Assembly (NCBI GenBank): GCA_964035545.1
Contig: OZ037768.1
Coordinates: 3,814,741 to 3,878,740 of the forward strand
Origin: Bugula neritina
Taxonomy: Eukaryota > Animalia > Bryozoa
Reading direction: 5' to 3'
Length of the DNA: 64,000 bases
The notes beneath the pieces are model-generated. The model did not search any database and had not been told where the DNA came from. It worked only from the letters and a program-made list of their open reading frames with translations. The position numbers and the translations under genes are program-made. Positions 14,701 to 28,300 of this stretch are shown here, piece after piece. Numbering within the stretch: the first letter of the stretch is position 1; every line of letters begins with the position of its first letter.

Positions 14701-17700
14701 TCAAGTTTAACCAAGGGGATATTTTCTAATAAATGTTGTCTGCTTTAGTGATATTTGGAAGTAATGAATGTTCAATATTATTGTTTAATACTAATAGACA
14801 TTGTCAGTGTTTTTATACATTTGAGTGTATATTCACTCTGACTTACCTGACTATGAATGTATGAATTTTATTTTGCAGTTTTTGAAATGTTTTATTGAAG
14901 CCTCTCAGGATTTTTGGTGCCATCTTTTATTTATGTTTCAATTAGTTGTATGTTGAAGTTGCTCAAAGACAATGTTTTCTTTGCACAGATTTAAAATTAT
15001 TTATTATAGTATTTATAGGTCATTCGCTAAAATCTTAAATATTAAACTAAGGAAGTTGGTGTCACTTGTTTTGAAATAATGGACTGAATTTACCATTTTG
15101 AATCATCCACTAGAAGAAATTTGTCCTTCATCCAACTTTCTTTCCTGCTGCTTTCTCCCACAGACTAGGTTATGGTGCCTAGCGCGTATCAATGTTCAGC
15201 TTGTGGGAAGTAGTTTAGTCAAGGGCTTTTATTATCATCTGGTACCATCACTGGAAGCTATAGTAGGATTTGCAATGACTAGCCAACTGAGCTGCTTACT
15301 TGTAAAATGTGATGCCATTATAGTGAGGATAATAATAAAGTATAGTAGTATTGTGGTGGATAATTTAATATAACAGATGTTATTAAACACATGCAGGGAT
15401 GGCTTTGTCCTGCTATTCACTTCTCTCTGCTTCAATTTTTTTCTACATTATCACCTCTTTTCACTGTTCATAGGCCTTATTTACATTTTCCAACATGGAC
15501 TCTATTCTACTGTCCAACATGGACTCTATTCTACTGTCCAACATGGACTCTATTCTACTGTCCAACATGGACTCTATTCTACTGTCCAACATGGCCTCTA
15601 TTCTACTGTCCAACATGGCCTCTATTCTACTGTCCAACATGGCCTCTATTTTACTGTCCAACATGGACTCTATTCTACTGTCCAACATGGACTCTATTCT
15701 ACTGTCCAACATTGAATCTATTCTTCTGTTCAACATGGCCTCCTCTAGCAGTTGTAGTTGAGTCATGCTGGCACTTTGATTGGTTTATTCTGCCGTTATT
15801 CTGAGTCATTTCAAATGTTTTTATCAACCTAATCTTAATGTTGAATTGCTACTCGAGAGCATCTTCCTGTGATGTTGTCTAACCTTTGCAATTATTTCAC
15901 AATTTTAGCATTTCCTCCTAGCTAAGTATTGCTTCACTAACGTTTTCGGGACAACTCCCACTTATAATGGTTTTTGCTGAGACTGTTGGCACTAACCTGA
16001 CCCGGTTTACATCCAGAATGTCAGCAAATAATTATCGCTCTACTTTTTTATGAAGCTGTCTAAATTTTTGACAAAAAAACTTTATTTTTTCCTTATCAGG
16101 TTTTATGAAATTAAATTGAGCTCATAATTACAAAACTCAATAAATCTGTCAAAAATACTTACATCAAAGTAATGTAACATGTCCTGACATGAAAGCAATT
16201 TGTTAATTTCATACCTGACCACAAAGGAATATGTAGAAATAACAACTTAGGAGCATGTCTCTTGTAGACAGGACACACTAGTATGCAGTTTCCACATGCA
16301 GGGGTTAATCCGTGTAATTAATAAATAATTAATGTAATATGGCAGTTGCAACTAAAATGTTGCATCAATACCAATCTTAAACCATATCATTCCATGTCGA
16401 CACAAATCTAGGTGATGCATCATTCAGGAATATTCCATGTGCAGCACTATTACCATATCATTATACAAACTTCACTCATGCAGTACATGCTAGTGGCAGT
16501 TTTAAATTTATTGGGTTTTACTTTACTAACTAACTAAAAGCCCCATAAATTCGCAATACAAATATAAGAATGACGGTTTAAAATGGCACCAAAGGTCTCA
16601 CTGCACAAATAGATTTTTGGACCATAATCAAGAATGTCTAAAGAGCAGTTGGATATACATAACAATTTTTTTGTAGAAAAATATTTTGTTGCATTTAAAA
16701 ATCTACTCCAAAGTGATGAAACCTTGAATTTTGCAGTTGCTGAGCTTTTTCACAGCTATACCTCACCTATACAGAGTTTTGCTGTATTTCATTTACATAA
16801 TATCACTTCACCTAGCTAAGTAGCTCATTTCTTACACCACCTAAGGAGCTATACCTCCAAAGAAAGAGAAAAAAACCGCAGATACATTAGTAAGCTGCAT
16901 GTGATGTAGAAGATTTACTAGTAGGATAAAGAGTTGTTGAAATAATTTTGCATTAAAGATGTATTAACTATGATTGTAGGTGTACATCTCTTTTCTACAC
17001 AGTATCTAGCTTATGTCTGACAATCAAAAGTGTGTGTGAAGAGGATTCTGGGATAGCTGACTGGATAGACACTTCGTTACATGACATAGAAGAGCATCTA
17101 AAGGTACAGAGTACTATGCTAGTATATGTAGTAACCCAGGGCCATCGCAATGTGAATTTTAGACTGTATTATGTAATGCTTATAGAAATGGAGGGGGTAA
17201 ATATTATCATCAACCTCTTTCTCACAAATTACTTCAAGAAAGAGGGCAGCGGGCAAAATTTGTGTTTTTCTGCTATAACTCTTATAAGCGCATCATTACT
17301 AGTACTAAAGGAAGCTGAAATATTTGTCCGTTTGATGAAATAGCTGTGAATTATAGGTATACTGATGAGCTATATGATGTTTATGTAAATATGTATTTAT
17401 GTAAACTACTGAGCTATGCAGTTCATTGCAAAAGAGTGTTTTGAAAGATTTTTCGCCACATAAAAAATGATGAATTTCACTTTGAAAACAAACTGCAATA
17501 TTACTATGACAGAATCCCACTGAGAATTAGGAAATTACAAGTACATATTTTACTTTGAGTAATTCTGGTAGTTATTCATTTCTGAAAAAATGTATACATT
17601 TACATATAATAAGATGATGATTGTAGCTGCACAGCAAACTATAGCAACAGTGTTTCAGTACTGTTAAGTTTCTGTACTATGAAACATGGCAGTACTCAAT

Positions 17701-19238
17701 AACTTACTTATCCTCATCATTCTTTTATTTTATCATAATATTGTCAGTGAGTGAATAATACTCAGTGATTGAGTAATAGTGAGTGACTGATTGAGTGAGT
17801 GAGTGGGTGAGTGAGTGAGTGTGTGAGTGAGTGAGTGAGTGAGTGAGTGAGTGAGTGAGTGAGTGAGTGAGTGAGTGAGTGAGTGAGTGAGTGAGTGAGT
17901 GAGTGAGTGAGTGAGTGAGTGAGTGAGTGAGTGAGTGAGTGAGTATGTGTTTCTAATACTATAGGTGTCAATAAAATGTAGGTTTCACACTCAAGTTATT
18001 TTCTAGACATTTAGCAGCCATAAGAAAGAATTTGGACACCAGTTGTAATTGGTTGAATGTTGAAGTAGTCAAGTTTAGTTCTTAACTGAGCCTATTCTAG
18101 GTTCAGTAACTAGTGAGAATAATATTGTGACGAATTAGGCAGTCTGTGCTAAAATATTAACAGCACATTTGGAGGTCAGCAGGAATACTGTATATATTTC
18201 TCAGTCTCAGTTGGCTTATGTAATCATTTCTATCTCCAACCATGTTCAAGGACTTGTCTTTTATCAGAACTTCTATTAAGGAAGCATTTCCTTATTTAGG
18301 CTAATTTAACGTGATGTGTTGGAACATTATGAAATTCCCTTGACTGGGAGAGTGAATAACAACATTCAAGGTGCTAGGTTTTATAATACAGTATAACACA
18401 ATATAATGTAATGTTAATTTAGATTAAGTGTTTTGTTGAAATGTGCTTATGCAGATGCATTACTTGGCTTATCTCCTATAAACGTGATGTGCTTTTATTT
18501 CTGTGGCAAATTTGAACGATTCCTGACCTTTTATTGTTGTGTCAATATATGTTGAAACTTGTGGATGAAAATAAACATAGTTGAGTACCATTTTTAGGAA
18601 GTGTTACAACAGAGAGAGGGGTGTCTTTAGTTAAAATATGCTTCCTCGGCCTGCTACACGTTTAACTTTCCTATTTTACTGGGTTCATTCCGTTTACATG
18701 AAATTCACAAAACTGAAGCGTGTCCAATATTTTTTTGTAAAACCTTGTCTGACACTTCCTTGATTTGTATGTGGCTGTGAATAGACCTTATTAACTTTTA
18801 AATGACTTGCTGTAGCCAATTATACTAAATTTGTTCTCTTTTTAGGTGCTGCAATCTGAAACACAGAAGCTGCACCGACAAATACCTGCTACAGGGGGAG
18901 ATTCTGACCCGTCCCCACCCAACAGCGATTTATCACTTGGTAGAGCTCGTACTAGCAGGCGTACCAGTAGCTCTCACACTGACAGTACTGAGTCCGGCAT
19001 TGATGTGCACACTCCATCAGAGAAAGGCTCTGAGCATTCCCCTCACTCCCCTCTGCAACATGAGAATAAATTCCGTACAAATCAACTCACTGATGAATCT
19101 GAGTCTAACGCAGACATTAAACATGGTCAAACCAAAGTAGAGATTCATGCAGGCAACAGTGGCACGGCAGGAGAAGTGATAGAATTGAAATCATTTATTA
19201 ATGGAGGTTATGTAGGGGAAGCTGCTGTTTACATGTAA
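11787..19238 (+). CDS. TMEM98: Transmembrane protein 98 homolog, 5 coding exons (11787-11923, 13394-13480, 14063-14263, 16980-17103, 18846-19238)
   Basis: N-terminal TM helix, then WIDDMTGIMNHCIPILKGCHDLTSRLV, PLDPRLVEAR and DWIDTSLHDIEEHLKVL, matching TMEM98 motifs; intron phases are consistent. Confidence 0.9.
13064..13208. repeat. 52-bp tandem repeat, ~2.8 copies, TMEM98 intron 1
   Basis: tctctgcttagtatcttagtcctagtagcttgatgtctactgtatctccatc at 13064, 13116, 13168. Confidence 0.9.
15490..15742. repeat. 24-bp minisatellite (~10 copies) in TMEM98 intron 3
   Basis: Unit ccaacatgg(a/c)ctctattctactgt; the minus strand reads (MLDSRIES/A)n. Confidence 0.95.
17785..17945 (+). repeat. (GTGA)n microsatellite in TMEM98 intron 4
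   Basis: Long gagtgagtgagt run seen directly. Confidence 0.97.
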
Positions 19239-21333
19239 CTTGGTCTGGTAGCACAATTCTATTATATATTTTTGCTCAAAACTGTACCTTAATAACAAAT
19301 ATTGCCACTCTACTCTATTTCATATGCATACCAATTTATCATAACATTCCAATTTCATTTTTGTCAGATGTTTCTATGGCAATGTCAGTAATAATTTCTA
19401 CTTGTGTCGTCGTAATTGACAGAGTGGTTGCCTTTTTACCTACTTTGCATAATCACTTCAATCTCACTTTAGTATTCAGTATTTCAGTGTATCTACATGA
19501 TAAATGGCACGTTAATAATTCAGTCTTGAACCAGGGTGGCTTGTGCAGTTCCTAACTTCACTGATCCTGTTTACTGCCAGTGAATCACCTATGTTTTGTT
19601 GGCCGGCTTAGTTTAGAGCAGCTCAGCTATGTCAGATAGGTTGAGTAGATATCAGTGAAGCTGAGTAGATGTCATTAGATGGGAATGAACAAATTTAGGT
19701 GAATATAAACTGAGAACAGTAGCATGACAGGTGATTTTTACTTCTGGCTTAAAATTGAAAGACTTTAGACTGGGTTATGAAGTAAACAGACATACCTACT
19801 AAACTCTAGCGCTAGGACTCAATTATTACTTTTGTCTATCAAGTCATCACTACTTAACTGTGACTAATCGCATCAAATGCAAATTTTCACATCCATGGAA
19901 AAATTGACAGCAGAAAATGTAGCTGTGTTTTAGAGTTACTTTCTCTTTATTTACTGAATAAACATTTTGATAATTCCATTGTGAGAATACATTTAACTTA
20001 CACTTGATACTATAAGCATAATAATCATATACTGATTGAATATATTTTATCCCCGTGTATATTTTTGTATATATATAAGTTGTAAATAATTGACGGATAT
20101 AAATCTTGTTACTTTTCTCTTTTATTCTAGTGTTATCTTCAAAGATTATGCTATGACTATTGTGTTCTGTTACTGCAAATAAAGCTCCATGCCGTATTTG
20201 CGGAAAATTGGCTTTCGTGTGAGTTAGCTAACTGAGTGTGTGTGTTCCAGCCAGTGTGGTGCAGCCGGTGAAGTTTTGAGTATTCTGTTTACATATGAAC
20301 TGAGGAATTTAAGCGAATCATGTCTTTCTAAAGGTTGCATTAGTTCTGAACTGTACCCATACAACTCTGGGAATGCAGAAGCTGCACTAATCAATAACAA
20401 ATTAATTATTGGAAATTAATTTGAAATTGGTTCTTATTTAATTGGAAATATATTCTTGTACACCAAATGGGCTTCTACATTTTCTATAAACAGGAAAATA
20501 TAACAATTTATCACAAAATATATATAGATATATAACAAAAATAGAATCACACCAACTCATCTAAAAACTAATATGAAGATAATGGGACAAAAGAAAGCTT
20601 TCGGTCATTCTAGAGGAAGACCATTACATCACCATATATGGCAACAGCACACGACACACATTAATCTAACTGTCTAAATGTCTGCCACATTAATATACAT
20701 ATACTTATTGCACAATACTATGTGGTCATGGTGGAACTAAAAGTGTGTCACAACAGCTTCATACATTTGCTCAGTTTTTAAGAATAGTAATGATGAACAA
20801 GCCAAACACAAACATCTAAGGCCTATATCTTATGAGTGAGAATATCTCCCTCTATGTAAATAAACTTAATTTGACACCATTACAAGTAGGTATGGTATTA
20901 GCTGGTAACATAAAACTGGAGGTACAGGTTACTACTAAAGGTGCAGAAGGGGAAACTTCTAGACTACACTAGAGAATTTCTTTAATACTAAAAATAAGTG
21001 CTTGGATTCAACAACTTTAGCCTATAATAAAATAAAAACAGCACACAACTTGAGTTAGCACATCAAAGTACACTAACATAGTAAATGGATTACTAAAAAG
21101 TGTGCAAGTATATGAAAAATCATTAAAACATCACTTATGCACCAATGTGGAAGCTTGTAAATATAATATCTAAGTAATATGTCTAAAGTAATATGTCTAA
21201 ATTCATCAAACTAGTATATAATAAAATAAAGCTGTTTTCACCAGATCAACATGAACAGCAATTTGAAATCAATTCCCATAATTCCATTTTTAGATAAAGG
21301 TAAAAATAGGTGTTATAGAACAGTGCAGTTGAA

Positions 21334-22146
21334 TTACTTCTGGCCTAGCAATACTTTGCATACAAAATTAACAACTGCACTAGCCGGTTGCTCTGGATCC
21401 ATCTCAGCAAATAACAAACACTGATTTCCACCTTTTCTCTTCGCCACAAATCCAAATATTCTAAACAAAAAACAAACAGATGAAAGCTAGGAATAGGATG
21501 TAATGATTTGCCACATACAGGATTCAGCCAGCCACAAATCTTCCAGCACCTGATTGCTAATTCAGTTCAGATGACGGCAAACACTATCCTGGATAGAAAA
21601 AGTAGGTTTTGCCAATCAAACAAATTTATCAGGAAATAAAAACAACTTTTGAAGTCAAGTTTTAAGATAACGAAATGCCATCAAGAAAAACCTACTGTAC
21701 TGAATACATATTATAGTTTATCTGACAGCCAATGTCATGCTGTTTATATAGACTCCATGCTGTTGGTTGACTAGGCTAGTGAAGGACAAGTATTTTAGCT
21801 ACAGAACACTTACTTGGCTTCCTTTATATCAACATTATCTAAAGTCTGAGTAAACCGTCGGTCAGCGGGATCTATGCCGCAGTATGATATGCTATCTTTG
21901 GGAAAATGCTGCCGGAAAAATATCCTAAAAGTTTAAGATGAGCCATGAGTAAAGTGTTGGAAATTCTGAAGCATTCAACTGCTACACAAAATCAAGAAAT
22001 GTAGATAAAACAAAGGGGAAACATAATCCCAATGTCCTCAGCTCTATAAAACAAACACATAGAATTTATTATCAAAATGTTCAGCTGCTGCTCCACTTTA
22101 CTTACTTACCTACTTACTTACTTACTTACTTACTTACCTACTTACC

Positions 22147-22177
<31 letters not shown>

Positions 22178-22211
22178 CTACTTACTTACTTACTTACTTA
22201 CTTACTCACTC

Positions 22212-22253
<42 letters not shown>

Positions 22254-22254
22254 C

Positions 22255-22289
<35 letters not shown>

Positions 22290-22290
22290 C

Positions 22291-22330
<40 letters not shown>

Positions 22331-25300
22331 CACTTACTTACTTACTTACTTACCTACTTACTTACTTACTTATTTACTTACTTACTTACCTACTCACTTA
22401 CTTACTTACTTACTTATTTACTTACTTACTTACTTACTTACTTACCTACTCACTTACTTACTTACTTACTTACTTATTTACTTACTTACTTATTTACTTA
22501 CTTACCTACTTACTTACTTACTTACCTACTTACTTACTTATTTACTTACTTACCTACTTACCTACTTACTTACTTACTTGATTGATTGATTGATTGATTG
22601 ATTTATTACATATCACAAACATGACAACACGTTGCAAAATTCAGTGTAAATACTGGCTATAATAAGTAGGAATGAACAAAAATAAGAGAAAAAATCAAAA
22701 CTCTGTTGGATTATTTAAAATAAAAGCTCATTTAAAGTATTTACAAGATGTCGCAAGAAGCTATCTCTGCCCCATGCCCCTCTATATTTGATGGTTCGAT
22801 ATCTTCCAGAAGGGCATTGACTCAGAAAGTTATTGATGAAATGGTCATTGTCTATTATATATTTGATGGCAAGTTCTTTAGTGAGTTTCTGAATGTGCAA
22901 ATCAATGTTTAGATACTCAATTCCGAGTTTTGAGCAATCTTTGAGAATTCTTCGAATAGCCTTTTTATCACTGGCATAGATACAAGTAAAAATAGTAGGT
23001 AGACAATAGGCGATGCGGGACATGATGAAACTTTTGAATAACATATTTGCTAGAGGTTTAGAGCTAAGATTCGCAAAATTCTTCACAATATACATTCTTC
23101 TTGATACTGTTGTTACTACTGATTGTACATGTTCATGAAATCTCAAATTTTGATCCACTAACACACCAAGATATCTCACTTTTTCAGACAATACAATGTT
23201 TGTTTCATTCAATACAAGAGTAGGGGTATGAGGTTTCGCACGTTGGGTTGAGAACATCATTTCTTGGGTCTTGCTAGTATTTAATAATAGATTTAAATCA
23301 TCACATTGCTTAGAAATTCTTTTAATCTTATTTACTTACTTACTTACTTACCTCCTCACTTACTTATTTACTTACTAACTCCATATTTACCTACTCACTT
23401 ACTTATTTACTTACTTACTAACTCCTTACTTACCAACTTACTCCCTACTTACTTACTGTTCTTATTAACTCTAACTCTAACTAACGACTCACTTACTCAC
23501 TTACCTACTAATTCCTTACTACCTACATGAATGGAAGCTGCTACAAAGATATCAATTTACCTCCGATTGTTATCTGTGATTGTTATGCCATCTGCAGACA
23601 CTTTGAATGTAGCGTTGGTAGTTTCCAGAACATCTTTCCCAAACGTGTAATGTACGGCACGTGAAAGAGCTGCGGGACCCGTCAGTGACTCAGTGTCCAC
23701 GTTGTTCATGTAAACCACATTGCATGCTGCAACATATACAATAATTTATAGTACTATATATACCATATTATATGTACTATATATACTATATACGTACTAT
23801 ATACTGTTATATGTACTACAGAGTAATATTTAGTACATATATAGTGTTATACGTACTCTATATTACATATAATACCCATAGTACTATATGTAATATAGTC
23901 CTACATGTACTCAAAACTATAAACATATATAGCATTTGGAGAATTAAAATAAAAAGTAATTGCTATGCAATAAGTGAACAAGAAAATATTAAACAAAGCT
24001 AAAAACTGTAACATCTCCTGCATCTAACCTCTAATTCATAATAAAATGTATAAATTTAAGGTCAGGTAAATGCATTGAATTTTATGAACTTTTTCATAAA
24101 GAAAGACATGAAATGCACGCATTACGAAGTTGAATCTGAGTGAAGCACACATTTGCAGGGCTTACCAGCACCACGGTCAAGGAGAGAAGAAGCGGTGGCT
24201 CTAGTCTCAGAACCATTGGACAGGCCGGGGCTGTCTAAAGGAGGCCCATCTATTTCATCTGCTCCGGATACAGAAGATTGACTGCGTAGAGTGTGGCCAT
24301 ACTTGAATTGGTATTGATCTAGATAGTAACAAAAACAGATGACCAAAAGTAAAAAATGGAAAAGCATATAGCATGTCTGATATTGATGCACCACAATGAT
24401 AAATAATACAATGCATACGGAATATTAATATGAGTAAAAATTTTACTTCACAACTTGAGATAGTTTACAAACTGAAAATACTGAGTTGAGTTATAAATTG
24501 ATCACTCATAAAAGTAAGTTCTGTAGACTAAAAAAAGAAATAAATCAAATGCTAGGTGTATTGATAAAATGAAAATAATAAATTCATTTAAAGAATCTTT
24601 CAAAAAACCTTTCAGCTTGCGTAAGTGAAAAAAGCTGTAATTTTCAACTCATCATTTCCATACGAGTTGAATGAATTATTTTCTAAATAGAAACATACCT
24701 CTGTCAGGAAGAAGCAGTTTGCACGGCAGGGCCAACTCTGTAATCGTATGCTGGTAGATGAGAGATGCTAGACTGGCTACAAAAAGAGCACAACTCCTTC
24801 AAACAAAAAGAAGATAACTACAAACTTATTATTTGTAAATTCTACAATTTTGTTCAAATATTTCCAAACTAATTCAAGTAAAAAAATCTATGGAGTCACA
24901 ACTTACCAAACACAGGTTCATTACTGCAGCCTTTCAGTCGAACACCCTTATTGGTCGGTTCAATCAAATAGAATCTAACATAGTCAGCAGCAGGGTCTGC
25001 TGACGCGGCCTTGACCTGAATGTTAGCAGGTAGTTGTGCTACTTTCACAGCTAAGCCGAAAGCTCCCGGGAAACTGTTACTATCCCGGACTATGAAAGAG
25101 CCCGGAGCTTCATTCTTCAGGAGAAAGATCACTAAAATCATGTGACAATTTCATTAAACAGAGAGACCTGTTCCAGCGGTTACCTAATAAAAGAATTCAT
25201 ATATAAAGTGTTGAAAATTAAGAAACCTAAATGAAAATACAAAATTTATTTTTTGATTGAAGTTAATGCAAGAGTTGGCAATTTTTAGCATTTATGAATT

Positions 25301-28300
25301 ATTCAATTCTAAAATTTAATTCAATGTAAAGAAATGACTCGATTAATTTACGAGCACACAAGGTTGTCTGGTAACACTACCTTCATCACGCCCAATGTGT
25401 GGTTTGTACCAGTATTTTGAAGTATCCTTCACAAACTTGGCTGAGAGCGGTTGCCCGTAGTCCACTGTATGGTTGCTTACAGAATCATTCGTGTGCTGAG
25501 AGCGTCTGCAATACATGGACACACAGCAGACTATAAAAGAGGTATTGTCACTAAGCATGTTGGGTAACTTCCTAAACTTTAACGCAAATTAACAGACACC
25601 AAAGTCATACAAAAACTGTACAACTTTGCAAAATACTACTCATTTTTTATAAATTACTTTAGAAACAATAAATTATGTTTTTAAATTGGTTAAAATATGT
25701 TTTTAATTGATTAGAATTAAAATTATTTTGAACTTAGAAATTAGTTATTAGAAATAAAAAAAAACTATTAATTTTTTCCCAATTGCCACACAAATAATTA
25801 TAGATGAGAATTCAAACAAGATTTTTTAATAATCTTTACATATTGCCATTATTAGGTCAACGTGTGGCATATATCATATTCACATGCAGAACAAAAGCTT
25901 TGTTAAAATGCAGAAGCCATAATACATAACATCTAAGCAAACAAATAAAAAGAAATAAAAAACTGGGATTTATGGTTGGAAAAGGTACTGACCCTGGGGG
26001 ACTGGTAGAGCCAGCAATACTTGTGTATATGACTCCAGGCTGGTCAGTATGAACATTGCTAGCGCCAGCTTGTAAAGCCTGAGTGAAGGGCAGGTTTTCT
26101 GTACCCATAAGGTTACCTGGTGACCCTATGCTAGCAAGGCCATAGGATACAGCTGCTGTCACAGGCTCATGCTGCTGCCTGTTTACCCTGATGATGACAA
26201 TAACAGCTAAATTGCAGCACAGCCAACCATGCTAGCAGCAAACGTTTGAGATGTTGCAAAATATTTTACTGATAAGCAATTAGCATCAACCCTTTAATAT
26301 GTGGAGTTACAGCAAGCAACTGACTTCAAGTTTTTAAATAAACAATGCACAGTGTAACTTTTTTAAAGATATTTTCAATTTATATCATAAGTTATGATAG
26401 AATCAAAAAAGTAATAAAATGCAGCTCCGAGCAGAAAACCACATGCAAATTCAAAAAATAAAAAACTTCTAGATTTAGCCCCATCCCATTTGTTGCTTAC
26501 TTTCCCTTTAAGAAGAGTAAGAAGTCTATTCTAAGACAAAACAAAAGAATGACGGTGAATGAATTTGCTGATTGTGTATCGGTAAAAGTCAGACTTGAAT
26601 TTATCACGCAATACAATTTAAATAAGCTGAAAATATTTCTACCCCTCTAAGCCAGTGCAGACAGACATGCACTGTGTAAGTATACGTTCTAACTCAAATG
26701 CTGTCCAGAAAGCTGTAAGTTTTTTTTCATCTTAGCAGGAGTTTAATAGCATAGCTAGATTCATTTTAAATAAAACATTCAAATAGTTTTCTTATTAACC
26801 AACAATAAATTTGTATATACATTAAGTTCATTTTAATTTTTCTCAATTATAGTTGAGGCAGATAAGTAAAATGCAGGACAGAAAGGGAGTAAAATTTAGC
26901 ATCACAAGAACTGAAAGGTAATAAACAATGCTGTATCTTTCTAACGACATGCAGAAAATATACCAAACTCCTCAACTTACTGAGTCATCGAGTGCTGACT
27001 TGGCAAAGTGCCAACTTGACTACCACCAGCTGGGTACACTGGGTGATGATAGATATGCTGCTGCACTCGCTTCTCTTCCATTACTGTTCTTTGCTGCCGA
27101 CTTCCTGTTCCAGTTTGAGCTGCATCTGTAAATTACTCACCACTTGATTCGTTCTCATTGAATTACTCAACAGGAATACTACGTGACATCCAAGAGGTTT
27201 TATTGAAGAATGCAAAAATTATGACTTAGTGGTGATACTATAAACAGTTACTATGACTTAGTGGTGGTACTATAAACAGTTACTATGACTTAGTGGTGGT
27301 ACTATAAACAGTTACTATGACTTAGTGGTGGTACTATAAACAGTTACTATGACTTAGTGGTGGTACTATAAACAGGTACTATGACTCAGTCGTGGTACTA
27401 TAAACAGTTACTATGACTGAGTGGTGGTACTATAAGCAGTTATTATGACTAAGTGGTGGGACTATAAGCAGTTATTATGACTTAGTGGTGGTACTATAAA
27501 CAGTTACTATGACTTAGTGGTGGTACTATAAACAGTTACTATGACCTAGTGGTGGTACTACGTACAGTTATACTGTACTATCAGCTATAGTGTTAGCAGA
27601 AGCTCCAATGATGGAAGTTATAATAATTACCATAATTCAAATAGTAGAAGCAATTTTAATAGCAACAGCAGCAGACAAATTTGTAAAATAAATTATTAGA
27701 TCAATGCAGACTTTTCCTTCAGTTAATTTTGATATTAGCAGCACTAGAATTGGAAGTAATAATAATAGAAGCATTCTCTGTATTGAGCTCAAACATTCTG
27801 TGTAATCAGTGTTACAGACAACTGGTCTACATGTGGTGCAGTCAGAGTAAGTGAAAGACTCAGTCACTCTCAAGAACTCCCACCAGAAGTTATTAAGTGG
27901 AAAAGAGAAGGGAAAAGAGAAGGGAAAATAGAAGAAGTGGAGCAGTTGTTACCTGAGAATGGTGATGTCAGTGGTGACATCAACTGATATGGTGTAGGTG
28001 GGGAAAGAGGTGATGATGTCACCACATTGTGTGATGATGTCACCACATTGTCTGATGGTGACATCACTGCACCAACTGCTGCATAACATATGACTATTGA
28101 AGTCGAGCATTGATAAATAATACATGCAGTAAATTCTAGATGCAATAAAACAAGTAGAAACACCCTAACAGTCTTTAACAAGACGTAGGTTACAGATGTA
28201 CTTACGCTGAGGACTAGAAATGTTGCTAGAGTACATACTTCGGGACTGTGTAGTGTTGGTCTGTGTCATTGGCTGACCTATATGTAAACGTAAGTATGTC

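Noticed and set aside
21560-21592. Alternative tensin terminal exon (KIVFAVI*)
   Set aside because: Only an acceptor-like sequence supports it, and it would truncate the PTB domain.
22077-22589. 170-aa LLTY-repeat ORF (also the HSLT ORF at 17762-17971)
   Set aside because: Translation artefacts of tetranucleotide microsatellites.
27221-27560. 32-bp repeats resembling a CRISPR array
   Set aside because: Head-to-tail units with no unique spacers, in a eukaryotic intron. Also not donor-sense, so not all minisatellites fit the donor-array pattern.
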